DNA from: Octopus sinensis
Taxonomy: Eukaryota
NCBI RefSeq assembly: GCF_006345805.1
Contig: NC_042998.1
Location: 5,208,001 to 5,272,000, forward strand
Length of the DNA: 64,000 bases
Direction: 5' to 3'
Every line of letters begins with the position of its first letter. Position 1 is the stretch's first letter. The notes under the pieces are model-generated. The model was given only the letters and a program-made list of their open reading frames with translations, ran no database searches and was not told the origin of the DNA. Below are positions 24,321 to 38,684 of the stretch, in pieces. Made by a program: the position numbers and the translations under genes.

Positions 24321-26035
24321 CATATAAATATATATATATATATTTACGCCTATACATATACATATATATATACACACACACTCACACACATATATATATA
24401 TATATATATACCTACATACATACATATATATATTCCCGAAATGCACACTAGTAAACGACAGGAATAAAATCGCTGGAAGAAAGTCTTAAATGAAAACTAA
24501 CAGGGGGCAGTAGATTTATACAAAAGATACAGCAACGTTTAATGTGTGTGAAGAAAACATTGGGTTGATATCTATCCCTCCTCTATAATAAGTCTAGAGA
24601 ACAATTTGCTGATAGATCACGATTCAGAGTGCGAGACATGAATTGACATCATAACATAATGGAGATTTCATTATACGTAAGATGATATCTATTATGATGC
24701 AACAAAAGTGTAAATGATGACAGTGTACACCATTATCATAATTATCATCACAATAAGAACAACAACAATTGTACGTACGATTATAACTATCAATAATACA
24801 TTAGAGTCAATGCTATCATCAAAACAAGTGTAGCCACTAATGTGAAATACAAACTAATGACTAACGATAACGTAATTTTAACATTACGAATGCCATCAAT
24901 GACCAAAGAAAATACAGTCGACATCTATAAAAAAAATAACCGAAAACATTACTACTACAAACAGTGAGAAAACCAAAAGCAACATAAGCCAAATTTGATC
25001 ACCTAAACACAAGCAAATCAATACTTTAGATTGCACTCTACACATAGTGCCGATAAATCAATTATAGACACATCTAAGAATCACGTCCCAAGTGATAATA
25101 TCAAACAATCACAAAGCCTAAACAAATGGAACTTAGGAATAATGTTAAATATTCTGTTCCAACAGCACACTCAACAAAAACGATGTAAAAATAACGCAGA
25201 ACATTGCAAGATCAAAGATACAAACAAGGAGAAGAATAAAGCAAAGAAAAATTAGAGAAATATCAAGCCTTCATAGGCACCCGTATCCACCCGAGACCAA
25301 AACAACACAATTATTAGAAGCATTAACTCTGCTGCAATAATAAGATACTCACATATAAACTTTAACAAGCATACAATCTCATCAACCACTGTAAATCTCA
25401 CAAAGCACGGAAAAACATAAAATACCCGATACGCTCCGTCCACCCTAAGTATGATCTGATTATCCTTTCATCTAAACTGCATAAAGAGATAAAATTAACC
25501 AGACTAAACAAAAAAGCAAAAAAACAAATGATATTATAACGCCTGAAAACTTCCTTATACAATGGCTTACTCTTTTTCAACCGAGGAATTTTCAAGTGCT
25601 TTCAAATATATTTTAGCAATATTGCGGCAAATTTTCAACATGCTTTCCAGCTTTAACCTTATATTGTAAAAAAATTAGGACAATTTTGTCTCCATCTTCA
25701 TTTGAGACACTTATTTCTCTTTCCATGCTTTTATTGTCATGACTAATGTTTCTGTTTCCTGATTCAAATACATGCTGTTATTTTACACTGAAAGAGTTTA
25801 ATGTTGGGAAATGGGTGAAAGGTTAAGATAATATTGGCCAACGTTTTATAAATAGCACAACATATCAAATTTCTGAATTCAGGAAACATTTTAGAAAATT
25901 ATTACAAATATTTTACACTAAAGATTTTAAATGTATTTACAAATACAGACAAACACTTATGCACAATATATGTCCACATAATCGACGCATATATACATAC
26001 ACGCTCGCACAAACATATCCAATGCATATTATAAC

Positions 26036-26266
26036 GTGGTGAGCTGGTATAAACGTTAGCACGCCGGGCGAAATGCTTAGCAGTATTTCGTCTGCCTCTA
26101 CGTTCTGAGTTCAAATTCCACCGAGGTCGACTTTGCCTTTCATCCTTTCGAGGTCGATAAATTAAGTACCAGTTACGCACTGGGGTCGATGTAATCGACT
26201 TAATCACTTCGTCTGTCCTTGCTTGTCCCCTCTGTGTGCAGCCCCTTGTGGGCAGTAAAGAAATAA
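26036..26266 (+). mobile_element. Full-length family C SINE
   Basis: gtggtgagctgg..gttagcacgccgggcgaaatgcttagc..gttctgagttcaaattcc..gtaaagaaataa. Confidence 0.9.
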
Positions 26267-26409
26267 CAAACATATCGAATGCACGTGAACTACTTTAAGT
26301 TTCAGGCTCGCATACGATAGTAATTAGATGGGTTTGTAGAGCGTCCCGTTCAGACTTGAATTTGCCCAATCATAAATCCTGTATTCTCACTTGATTGAAT
26401 ATTATTATG

Positions 26410-27660
26410 TTGATTTTCTCAGCCAAGCCAATGGTACTAGATGTGTGCGCATGTGTGTGGTGGGATACATTTGTGAAAATTATACATGGTGACTTAAGAA
26501 TTGATACTCACATTTATTGTTTTCATGAAACTAGGATTACCTTTCATCTGTCGCTTAATAATGCCATGCAGAAAAATTTTGGTCATATAAGAAGTTGGTA
26601 ACATCTACAGATTACAGATAAAATAGTAATATATGCTCACACACACACAACGCACTCACACTCGCTCACGCGCACACACACACACACAAATACACAGCAA
26701 TTACACATAAACAGTCTGTAGTCAGGAAAAATGTCCGATGGTACAGAAGGGCCTAATGGCGAATAAGAGCTGTTAAATACCCGATACATGCAGAATTAAA
26801 TGCCCTTTTTATTTTCATAAAATCTACATTTAGAGAATTAGCATGCCGTTTTGGAAATAATTCTCAGAAATGCTGTGGTAATATGAAGGAAAGACTAAAT
26901 GTGTTCAAATATATTCTACTAGTATTGCCATCAATCGTCCAAATTGAAGAGTTATGTGTACCTCTGGAACAAAACATGTCAGTGCTGCAACCATTTTAAA
27001 ATATACTTTATCTATTTCTACTTTCTCACGCTCTCTCTCTCTCCATATATATATATATATATGTATATACATTTATATACGTGCGTGTGTGTGAATGTGT
27101 TAATGTATGTCCATATGTGAACAGCTGGGAGTAGAGACCCCTTCCCTACGAGTCCTCGTCACATGGTAAGCTCGTATTAAAAAGATACCTAAAGAACAGT
27201 TGGTTTCTAGTCGACTCACCTTCTGTTGGGCCGCTGGTTTTATAGCTGATTGCACTGATAATGGATTCAGTTTCTTACAACACTCTATTCACTCAAAGCG
27301 AACTTGACGGACTGGGCTCTCTGTACGTTTTGCAGGGACTTACTGATTTTAAAAAGTAGCCTTAAGTGATGACGTGTTCACTTCCACCACACACGCACAC
27401 ACGTCTGTGTATGTGTGTGTGCGTAAATGCAAGTATATCAAATAGCTTTCAACGTAATTTCTTAGTTTATTAACATTATCTCCGCCTTTAGCGGTTGTGC
27501 CTCAATTATCAAATGACAACTGAGATCAGCTTTATGAGAAGGAGGGACAATTTCAAGAATCAAGAATCCTCCAAAATTCATTTATTGCAAATGAGAACAT
27601 CAAGATTATATTTTGGGATGTAACAGGAAAGTTGAGGGCACGTTTTCTACTTTCTTATGA
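26410..27660 (+). pseudogene. Scattered mariner transposase remnants
   Basis: KPMVLDVCACVWWDTFVKIIH near 26420 carries the VWWD motif; KIIFWDVTGKL near 27600 carries the FWD motif. Confidence 0.4.
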
Positions 27661-27899
27661 CGTGGGCTTCCTTTTCTGTCGTATTCCTCGACAAAAATGC
27701 ATTTATAACACTCATTTGTGACAACAGTTGTTATAACTGTTAGGTGTTACAGATGCATCGTTTCGCGTCTTGTGAATCAAATATCTTCTTATTTCCTCTT
27801 CTTGGGCTGTATAGCATTCTTATACCTGTTGTTGTTCCAAGATAACCATAATATAGGTAAAATTGCTGTTACTTGGATTTTTTTTCCTACTTTAGAACG

Positions 27900-28130
27900 T
27901 CTTTCATGAGCTGCTTCTTATTTTTTGCAGTGGAATTGTGGAACGAACTTGAGAGTATATCCAATGGTCATGAGACAGGGAAGAGAATACATTCCGTTGA
28001 AATTCGCTCTAATTTGCCTGATGCTTTGTGCTTAATGCATGTAGATTTGACCAGATTTCCTGCCACCTTTCTTAAGTTTATCACCGCTGCTCTGGAAGTT
28101 TCTGATTTTTGATAAATCCCAACTTTAAAG
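27900..28130. pseudogene. CR1-type LINE C-terminal remnants
   Basis: RTSFMSCFLFFAVELWNEL resembles R.SFF..R.V..WN.L; an adjacent inverted piece resembles the ERL..L...SL region. Confidence 0.35.
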
Positions 28131-28679
28131 CCAGTACCCTAAATCTCCTCTAGTGTCCAGCTGAGTGGCTTAAGTCTTAACATGAGTACTGATACGGGAA
28201 ATGCAATATGTATTTATTTACTGTATGTAAAATACCACTAAGTAGCCTAGTTTATCATCCGATTATAATAATAATTCTTGGTTACACATTCCTGGTTATA
28301 ACTGAAATCACAGAATAGATATCCATCAGAATAGATTTCCATTCGTCATGGTTCACCAGAAGAATTCAACGTGGGATACTAGAGAAATAGCCTAACTCTT
28401 AAACCTGATGTTGCTAGACTAGCTTGTGTATGTCCTGTTACGTTTACAATTAGAGACATTTATCATAGCCAAACTTTATTCCTATATTATTTGACAATGT
28501 GTCGTAACCAGGTCAAGGTTCTTATTCATATCATTCATATTTTTATCAAATACTTTCAAGCCATCCATTAAAATGATATATGTCAGTTTAGGTTGGTGTT
28601 TCTGTCTTTTTGGAACCTAATCATTTTTCTTCAAGTTTCTTCAACAAATCAGTTATTGGATTTTTGCAGCAAGTATAAA

Positions 28680-28940
28680 GGACATCAGATTGAGATTGTC
28701 CATTGCAAATATACCATTGTAATACGTAATCCTATCAGGAACAACGACATCACTTCCTGTACTTAACTGCAAGCTAACGGCCCTAGAAGAAGAAAGGCTT
28801 TTTGTGGCTTTGGTAAGGACCTTTGGGATCGTAACAAGACGAAGGACACTATTATCCACCACCGGGGTAAGTTCCAGATACTTTCTTATAATTAACCAGA
28901 CACTATTTCTCCAACGTCGTAGCACATCTGAGAATGCAGT
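28680..28940. other. Coding-like unique segment, open on both strands, identity unknown
   Basis: Plus: acceptor at 28738, GTTTSLPVLNCKLTALEEERLFVALVRTFG.., donor GG|GTAAGT at 28866. Minus: acceptor ttctcag at 28928, DVLRRWRNSVWLIIRKYLELTPVVDNSVLRLVTIPK. Confidence 0.25.
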
Positions 28941-30310
28941 CGATATAAAATTACATATGCGTGTGTATACATACATATGTGTGTATATGTTTTATCTGTG
29001 CGGGTTTGTATCTATACATATACATGAATCTTGTAGTTATATAGTAGTTGACCCGATAAGGCAGACCTGTGGTTAAAGACGTTCCAGGCGTTCTCATATC
29101 GTCTTTTATTGAGCTGTGATGAAGCTAGAACTATATTATTGATTAAGTATTACTTTAAGACAACACAGAGAAATAAGTCTGCATTGAGTGATCACATAGA
29201 AGGAAGATCGACCAGAAGATAGCTTATCTTGGAATTATATTGCATTTCATATTTAGAAGTAGGCCAGCCCCTCAAAAGCAGACTTATTTTTCAAAGATAT
29301 CCGTCTTGATCATCTCATTCTTAAGATATAGTGTTTCCTGGCCTACATAATTTAATTTGTCGATAATTTAATGTTTTAGAAATTACAATGATTTAATAAC
29401 AATTTAGCTGTACTTTTGTGGCATCGACTGACCTTGTAAATACTCTCTCACAGGTTATTTTTACCACACTGTATTGTTTTTTTTTTCTAGAACGTAGTAT
29501 TGATTAGACAGACATGTAATCATTCAATTGTGTTGGGGATATCTAAGGAGTGTATATGTAATGTATTCTTCACTTTATTTACGCAGTTTGATATGAATTG
29601 TAGGCGATTTGGCTGCTATTATTAGTCACAGTCCACGTAGATGGTCCAGTGATGCTACATTCGCTTATTTTTATATACAAGTGAGGTTTATAGTCAACGC
29701 GAAAATAGTTATCGTTACATGAATTAGATATTCAAACGACATCTTCCCTGGCGATCGATTTATCCAATGCTTTATTTGGTTTTTTCAACTAGATTCATAG
29801 TTTGCTGAAATACATTTATTAATATTGAAATGATGATGAATTTCCAATCCCCCGCAAACAACTGTTGGACTTTTAAAACTTTACTTTTTCCCCTTGGATT
29901 TTTTTCTGCCATTTTGTACTCTGTGTAAGTTTGATTTATTAAATTAAATATTAGCGACCGAGGCAGTATTATTACCGAATGGCAACTTTTATATACTACT
30001 TCACGTGCATATGTTATGGAGTCGCCGTAATACAATAGTATTCGCCCTGAGAAAGTCTCTCGCATAGGCCTCAAGCGCATAAAAGCACAGGGGCACCGGT
30101 AGCAGACGAAAAACATCCAGCAGCAATGAAGGAACTGTTGTCTCATGTGACTGCGGCATTTTACTTCCCATCAGCAACGGGCATCTACTAACATCGCATA
30201 CTGGCTGAAAGGTCTTTATATATTTAATGTTTGTACATGTGATAACAGCAGCGAGTGTCTGCAATAACAATATCATAAATTATTCAAATCAGTTTACGCA
30301 ATTTCTGTGA

Positions 30311-30637
30311 AGGCGCATGGTTCAGTGGTTAGAGCGTCGAGCTTACGATCGTGAGGTTCGGAGTTCGAATCCCGGACCAGGCTGCGCGTTGTGCTCTTGA
30401 GCAAGACACTTTATTTCACGTTGCTCCAGTTCCCTCACCTGTAGAAATGAGTTGCGACGTCACTAGTGCCAAGCTGCACCGGCCTTTACCTTTCCTTTGG
30501 ATAACACTGGTGGCGCGGAGAGGGGAGACTGGTATACATGGGCGACTGCTGGTGTTCTATAAGCAACCTTGCCCGGAGTTGTACATGGGAGGGTAACTTT
30601 CTAGATGCAAACCCATGGTCAGACCGAAGGAGGTCTT
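30311..30637 (+). mobile_element. tRNA-derived SINE, family D
   Basis: Head ggcgcatggttcagtggttagagcg..gttcgaatcccgg has A and B boxes, then gtgctcttgagcaagacactttatttcacgttgctccag. Related copies at 59820-60095 (-) and about 61765-61950 (+). Confidence 0.85.
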
Positions 30638-31112
30638 AGCAGCAAATACGCAATTTCTTGTAAGAAGATCAATTATCCCAGACAAATGTAAAGTACTTAT
30701 AATTTGAATAAGAAATATTTTTCTATATATGTTTTATACCTTTGACAGTTTAAATTAATTGATAAAGTGGAAATGAAAATGTTTTAATCAACTTATGTTT
30801 TGAGTTCAAATCCTGACGATGCCAACCTAGCTTTACTTCAAATGTGAATAAAATAAGCACCATTTAAGTATAAAGGTGCATCATATCGGCCTGGGGTTCT
30901 CAACCAAGAAGAAGAAGAAGAAAAAGAAAAAGAATAGGGACATGTAATATTGAAAACCCGTCAAAATATTAAACTGTCAGTGAGTGTGTATTTATTTACA
31001 TAGGGACATTGAGCTTTTGAATAGTATTGTTTAAGAATTATACGTATATAGCTTTTGGTATCTCACATACGCATGCGCGCGAGCAGACATACATGAATTC
31101 TATATATATTTA

Positions 31113-31445
31113 TAGGCGCAGGAGTAGCCGTGTAGTAAGTAACTTGCTTACCAACCACTTGATTCTGGGTTCAGTCCCACTACGTAGCATCTTGGGCAAG
31201 TGTCTTCATGTATAGCCTCGGGCCGACCAAAGCCTTGTGAGTGGTTTTGGTGTGTCTGTGTTTGTCTCCCCGCCATCGCCTGACAACCGATATTGGTGTG
31301 TCTACGTCCCGTAACTTACCGGATCGACAAAAGACACCCATAGAATAAGCACTAGGCTTGCAAAGAATACGTTCTGAGGTCGATTTGCTCGACAAAAGGC
31401 GGTACTCCAACATGGCGGCAGTCAAATGACGGGAAAAAATAAGAG
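31113..31445 (+). mobile_element. Family A SINE with the internal microsatellite region deleted
   Basis: Head joins tail directly (..gtgagtggttttgg|tgtgtctgtgtttgtc..). Confidence 0.85.
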
Positions 31446-32086
31446 TAAAGGAGTAAATGAGCGAGCATGTATACACACATATATATACGCATATTATACA
31501 TACACGCACCCACACACATGCATACATGCACATATATATGCATATACATACACACAATCACACATAAAAACACGCACACATATATATATCTATGCATATA
31601 CATATATATATATATATTTATTTATTTGTACATACACACTCATACATATATACATATGTGTTTATGTGTGTACGTATGTATACATGTCTATGTATGGATG
31701 CGAACACTCTAATTCATAGGTTTGACATACTTATCAGTGCATCGTCTCTCTGAATATAATTTTTGTCCTTGTTTTGCTGTTGCAAATTTCAAATATTTAG
31801 CCCTATAGTTTTCTGATATACATATATATATTTATTTATGGCAGAAATCTTTTTTTTTTTTGCCCTTGTTTATAATTGTATATATATTTATGTATATCTC
31901 AGTAGATGACCACAGCATCTTGTTTTGGCTACACGCGGGTGGGAAGGGGCTGGTGACACAATCTTTTCATTCACACATTGAATTTGGTGATACTAGTTGC
32001 GGATTCTAGCTCGCTCTGATACTGAGTTGAGTTGGTGCCTTCTAGTATCTCAAAATTCAATATATAATCATTTATGATTATAGTAT

Positions 32087-32186
32087 TCTACGCTGAAGAG
32101 AAAAGAAGTTTTGGTAAGGTAGAATTATTTAATATTTAATTCTTATGCTTTCCTAAAAACTTGATTTCGAAACGTACGTCCGTAGA
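32087..32186 (+). ncRNA. Minimal type I hammerhead ribozyme, intact core, GUC site
   Basis: Stem I TCTACG/CGTAGA (6 bp). Core CTGAAGA at 32093-32099. Stem II GAAA/TTTC with a long imperfect extension. GAAAC, palindromic stem III ACGTACGT, predicted cleavage after C32180. Confidence 0.85.
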
Positions 32187-32379
32187 TAACTTAAAATTGT
32201 ATGATAGATTGCCGTCAATTCATTCTCTCTTACCTGTTTGTGTCTGCCTTCCAATTGCTGTTTTTACTGAGATCTCCTTTTTAGTAGAAGAAATAGCTAT
32301 AACTCTTTGACTGCTATTTCTAAATTCGGTATGTGGTAAGGCAATTCGTTGCTAAACCCTTTATTGCTTAGTATTTATG

Positions 32380-32436
<57 letters not shown>

Positions 32437-32888
32437 TATTCATATTATGTACACCTGTATTCGTTGGTGAGTGCTTGTGTGTGTTTACTGGTTTTTGTGT
32501 GTAAGTGTACATATAAAAATCTAGCAGTACATCGATAATGAAATAATTTAGTATCTAGCTTCAACTCATAAGCGCGTATATATAACCATCCCTTTCCACG
32601 AAATACATAAAAGTGCCTATCTCCTGTGCAGTTCCGGAACACGAAATCAACGTAACCAATGTGATAAATTACTGCATGGTGAGAGAAACCGCTCCTTAAT
32701 AAATCATTGTATAAGTTTGCGTTATTAGATTGTAGGTTAAACGAATTCACAATCATTGAATTAGTTGCTTGATAATAGTATTGCATGTTTTAATGGAATG
32801 ATATTGATAGGACTGCAAAGCCGTGCTACTGAGTAAGGATCAGTAACAAGAGACGATTTTTGCTTTGAATACGTGCGCGTGCACGCAT

Positions 32889-32924
<36 letters not shown>

Positions 32925-33069
32925 AAACACACACACACACAAATAAACACAAAACATGCATGTGTATGCTTGCATGTACAGATACATATTCACACATAAA
33001 TATACATACAGGCTTAGATACATAAATACATACCTACACACAAGCTTTACAACTGCCACACCCTTCCAA

Positions 33070-33078
33070 TATATATAT

Positions 33079-33122
<44 letters not shown>

Positions 33123-33134
33123 AAATATATATTA

Positions 33135-33172
<38 letters not shown>

Positions 33173-33225
33173 CATATATATATATAATATATAAATATAT
33201 ATATATTATATATACATATAATATA

Positions 33226-33274
<49 letters not shown>

Positions 33275-33279
33275 AAATA

Positions 33280-33320
<41 letters not shown>

Positions 33321-33548
33321 TATATATATATTATATATATAAATATATATATATATTATATATATAATATATAAATATATATATATATTATATATACATA
33401 TATATATATAGATATATATATATTATATATATATATATTAATATATATATATATATAGATATATATATATTATATATATATAAATATATATATTATATAT
33501 ATATAAATATATATATTATATATATATATTATATATATATATATATAT
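33070..33548. repeat. About 480-bp (TA)n microsatellite
   Basis: Direct reading. Confidence 0.95.
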
Positions 33549-34088
33549 CATCCATGTCCATGAAATTTCACTAACTGCATTTGTAAAACTTCTGTATTAG
33601 TAATGTATACAATGAAGCTATTGACCATTCTGAGTATTCTTCATATATCACTGTATGCATCGCTGCAATAGAATGCGGATCTTCTCGAGGTTGCTGAAGT
33701 TCTAGATTTGAGACAAGCTAATGAGCACAAAACAAGAGATGCTATATTATTCGTATTTTTGCTTAACCCTTAAGTCATTTCTGATTGTACAATCTAAGGT
33801 TATTTCGGACAACATTTTCTAATTCGTTCTCACCATATTTTGCATGATAGGATTTGATTCGAAGGAGACATTGTCAGTAATTTCAACAAGTGGAACAACC
33901 ATGTATATTCCCTGTTACTGGTTTGTGAAGTAACCAGTGTGTCTACGTATCTAGAGAATATAATAAATACACCAGTGAATTGGTTCGGTTAGGTAAAACT
34001 ATGAACACACTGAGTATCAGCTTCTATAACATCTACTTACGACCTGTATTCAGAAGGATCGAGTAAATCTTAAATGGCTTTTATGCAG

Positions 34089-34157
34089 ACTGCCTGAAAA
34101 ATAAATTTCAGGGATTTTTGCCCTCATCATGCGCAGCCATGAGTGCATATTTGTCCT
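34089..34157 (+). CDS. Weak candidate 69-bp exon (phase 1-1)
   Basis: Acceptor gcttttatgcag|, open frame (D)CLKNKFQGFLPSSCAAMSAYLS, donor CT|GTAAGT. Splice signals only, no homology. Confidence 0.2.
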
Positions 34158-35730
34158 GTAAGTGAGTATACTCTTTGGCTCAGTACGTTTTTACAGTTCG
34201 TTTCAGTTTTAAAACAAAACCAATGTGCTAATATTTGAGCATAATAGGTTACTATAATTATATATGCGCGTCATTTAGCTGGTATGCATTTTCTTTCGGC
34301 TTGTCTAGAGCATAAATACTGCAAGAAGCATCTATTGTGCTTTTCTTACAGGAAGTTGCATTAATATCAAATAATATTTCTTGAAGAACTGTTCAAAGTT
34401 CATAAGTTCTTCCGACTGTGATCTCACAAAAACAGACTTAAGCATGAAATATTTATATGCAGGATTGATTGGCATCATAACTTTGTGATATTGATACGCA
34501 CAAATGAAGCAGAGTGAACTTAATCAATAACCTCTACTATATAGTGTCGTATTAATGTTCTCTTTGTGAGTGAAATGGTGCGTTGACTTGAGGATGGGTG
34601 AATATCAAAAACAAACAAATGACCGTTGAACGTAAAGAGATGAAACTATGCTAGGATAACATTTTGGAAGGCTGAGTTCTGAAGAAAGAGAGCCGGCCCA
34701 GGGCCTTTGCAGGCAATCTGAAAAAGGTCACGGTATGCGATCTACAAAGTCGATGAAGTTAATGTTCCTCTTAAAGAGTTTTACGTCAAAAAGAGAGAAT
34801 TCCAGATGACCTAACGTTCTCGGAAATGATGTTTGGATAATAATGGTTAGTGCAGAGTAGAAGGTGGACATAATGTGAGTAACGCGAGGATGAGAAAGGA
34901 TTGGGTCAAAATGAATCATAAGTAAACTCCATACAATATAAGTCACAGTAATATCGGCTGAAAATATAGACAAAAGCAGCAGATGCGAGGGTCAGGGTTG
35001 GCGTTCATTGGTAAGTTACTTCATGCAAACTAGTTCAGAATGTTCAAGTTTCTACTTATAATCTATTTATTATGTAATTAATACCATTTTCTGTAGAAAT
35101 AATTGCTGAGATTACTGAAAATCTGTTTTTGAAGACGGAGATATGAGTAACGAGCGCGCAGGGTTACTGATTTCTAGATACTGGCTTCATATCGAAATAT
35201 GAATAACGAAGACCTAAAGATACGCCATGGGCTTCTTACCTTTTTCAAAAACTATGATTTCACCAAGATTATATTTAAATTAACAGAGGGACAAGGGAAT
35301 TAGACATTTTAAAACTTTCAATCAAATACTTATACAGCCATGCTTTCAAATCCTGTGAAGATAACCTTACATCAAATAGTTACTCAGCATGTCAGCGTCA
35401 TGCGATTAGATAAAAAAAAAGCCAACCATTCCAAGCATGACCATCCAATCATTCTTTTAAGCAGATTTTATCTAGTTGCACAATATGACGTGCATCCTTT
35501 CCTTATTTAAGATATCAAGCAGATTTGGCTACTAATTGCAGCCGACATAGTAACCACTAAACACTCAACACACCATGTACTTATAGAATTGCTACTAGTA
35601 GCTGGATTGACAATGAGATTTAAAAAGTTGAAGGTGAAGATGTTTTTGAATCATATCATAAAACGCCGATTTCAACATAATTTATGATTTAATAAAAACA
35701 ATGCCATAGTGAAAAGCCTTTGGTATAATC

Positions 35731-36296
35731 TTTCCAACTCTAGGTACAAGACTCAAAACTTTTGGGGAGGGGGCCTGTCGATTATATCGACCCCAGTACG
35801 CAACTGCTACGTAATTTCTCTACCCGGAAAGGATAAAAGGCAAAGTCGACTTCGGCAGAATTTGAACTCAGAACGTAAAGACAGACGAAATATATATTTC
35901 TTTACTGCCCACAAGGGGCTAAACACAGAGAGGACAAACAAGGAGAGACAAACGGATTAAGTCGATTGTATCAACCCCAGTGCGTAGCTGGTATTTATTT
36001 AATCGACCCCGAAAGGATGAAAGGCAAAGTTGACCTCGGCTCTTATTTCCTTATTGCCCACAAGGGGCTAAACATAGAGGGGACAAACAAGAGGTTAAGT
36101 CGATTAGATCGACTGCAGTGCGTAACTGGTACTTAATTTATCGACCCCCGTGCGTAACGTGTATATTTTTAATCGACCCCGAAAGGATGAAAAGCAAAGT
36201 CGACCTCGGCGGAATTTGAACTCAGAACGTAGCGGCAGACGAAATACTGCTACGCATTTCGCCCGGCGTGCTATCGTTTCTGCCAGCCCGCCGCCT
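35731..36296 (-). mobile_element. Cluster of tandem/partial family C SINEs
   Basis: Three partial or complete copies of the family C body. Confidence 0.85.
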
Positions 36297-37061
36297 TAAA
36301 GCATTCGATATATGAACAGCAAAATGGGTACAACCTTGTTATATGCTAAAGATTTTTGAACACGAGCTAGAATGGGATGAATAATGCATCCTACAAAAAT
36401 AAAATAATTACTGGAATTAGTTGTAACAGAGGCATTGACAAAGGGAGACGTGGAAATAGATATGTCAGAAAATCATGAAATATTTTCGATAGACCAATTC
36501 TCTTGAGCTGAGACAAATGCGATATTTAATGTGATATATTAATGATTATTTGCTCAACATAATAAACTCACAAATCACAATTTCAGTGATAATCTGTAAT
36601 GTCTAATAATTAGCTGTACGACTATTTCAGAAAACACAAACACACATGTATATATATATATATATATGCATGCGTATGCGTGTGTGTGCCTGTGCACAAG
36701 CGTGCGTGTGCACGTGTGTTCGTGTACATATATGTGAGCATGTGCACGTGCATATCTTGGTGCGTATTCATATGTCTCTATGACTGTGTGTATATATTTG
36801 GTTGACTAAGTTTGTAATATAATACACTAAAGTACACTTGTACCAGAACGCCAGGACGAAATTTTAGATTATGTTTGATTGGCCATAATATAAAGACAAG
36901 AATATACATGCATTCGCCCCACCTCCACCACCACGATCCACCACCACCATACCACACACGCACACTCCATTAGCTAAAGCAAGTATATACATACAAATAG
37001 TATAGTGTGTGCATATATGTATATGTGTATATATATATATATATTTATTTATTTATTTATT

Positions 37062-37123
<62 letters not shown>

Positions 37124-37349
37124 TATATATATATACATATATATTATATATATATACATATGAATACACGACAGTCTTTCAGCTTCCGTCTAACAAATCT
37201 CGTCACAAGGCATCCTTACAGAATTATTAATAAAAACAGTCGAACTTTAAAATGAAGTGTTCGTGCAATACATCGCCAAGTACAGAATTATGTTCTATGT
37301 TTAATAGAAAAAAAGATTAACAGTTATTTAAAAGTTTCGGAAAAATATT

Positions 37350-37495
37350 GGCTTTGAGGTAAGAAGCCTACTTCCGATTCACTTGGTTCCGGGTTCAGTC
37401 TCACTGCGTGGCACCTTGGGCAAGCGTCTTCTACTATAGTTTCGGACCGACTAAAACCTAGTGAGTGGATCTGGTAGATGGAAACTGAAATCAGC
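37350..37495 (+). mobile_element. Family A SINE head
   Basis: ggttccgggttcagtctcactgcgtggcaccttgggcaag. Confidence 0.85.
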
Positions 37496-37497
37496 CA

Positions 37498-38036
37498 GGG
37501 ATGGAACGAATAACTTTCTGAGGTACGTCATCTGAGATATCATTGAGAACCTCCTGAATTCGTGTTTCCAAGTCCTCCAGTGTGCGAGATTTTGTCTCGT
37601 ACACAGCTACCCTTTTGTGTAAACCCCACAGGCCAATCTTCATGCCAACGTAGCATTAACTTTCCATATTCCATACAGCTGGGTTTTAGCTCCAGCATGT
37701 AATGAGGTTTCCACGGGACAAAAATTCAATTCTTTATGCGACACTGTACGTATTGTGTGTCTTGTTAGTCCACTTTAACCACCTGTGATTAAACATTTCC
37801 TGCACTGTTGCCACATACTCTGCTGATCGGGATGTGGCTGGACGGCCACTTCTTGCATCGTTCACAGAGCCCGGGGTCATCAGCTTTGCATGACAACATT
37901 TTATTGTCTCCTGACATAGTGTTGCATACTTACCCTTCCATGCACGCCACCATCTCTGAACCAAAACAATGGAATTCCACACTTCATAGCGTGCTGCTAG
38001 CTTAGCTCACTCCTAAACAGTCTAGCAACCGGCCAT
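37498..38036 (-). pseudogene. Internally deleted Tc1/mariner-superfamily transposase remnant
   Basis: N-terminal SIVLVQR..TIKCCHAKLMTPGSVNDARSGRPATSRS carries the GSV.D..RSGRP motif. C-terminal LWG..VYETKSRTLEDLETRIQEVL. Confidence 0.75.
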
Positions 38037-38195
38037 CGAGAAAATAAGAAATAAAAAATACGACAATAAGAAAATAAAAAATCTCCATTAGTGTTGTTTA
38101 AAAAATGTTTCTGACATGACTCCAGTGATATTAAAATTCAATAAGCAATTCCCAATGCCTAGTTGCTTTCCACCCATCCTGTATACATACATACA

Positions 38196-38684
38196 TTACG
38201 TTCGCTATTTCCAGTAAATATCGGTACTTAGTTGTGCCATTTATTTACTAATTTGTGTATTTTTCCCTCACGGGCTACTTTTTACTGGAAGGCAGTACTT
38301 TGTATTGCATTACTGATATTTTGAAACTTCTTCACCATTTCTCGTACTGCTAGCGTTCCGTATTTCAGTCGAGTGTGTTAGTATTTATGTGGTAACATCG
38401 TAGTTTCGTCTTGGTATATGTTTGGCTGAAGAAGGTAAAACAAATATGGGTGAGAGACATATCTTGCAAAACCTGAAACCTGCAGGTACCACATTATCCA
38501 TTTTCCGGGTGTTTCATCTTTCAGATGTTATCCCTGGAGGTAAGACGGTTTTTTTTCTCTATTTTGTTGGCACACACGCATTTTTACTAATACATACGCG
38601 GTGAAGCTACACATTAGCGTCGTATTTTTACGTTCGCTATTTCCAGTAAATATCGGTACTTAGTTGTGCCTTTATTTACTAATT

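Noticed and set aside
24560-25620. A-rich, faintly coding-like stretch
   Set aside because: Probably an old LINE fragment, but I could not read a diagnostic motif with confidence.
30311-30385. tRNA-like heads (also at 10511, 52442 and the family A heads)
   Set aside because: A and B boxes are present, but no complete cloverleaf or terminator; they run into SINE bodies, so they are not tRNA genes.
33612-33671. Signal-peptide-like MKLLTILSILHISLYASLQ
   Set aside because: Stops after 19 codons, only a weak possible donor, no other support.
34675-34735. CTGAAGA...GAAA..GTC hammerhead-like spacing
   Set aside because: Stem I does not pair and stem III is mismatched; probably chance.
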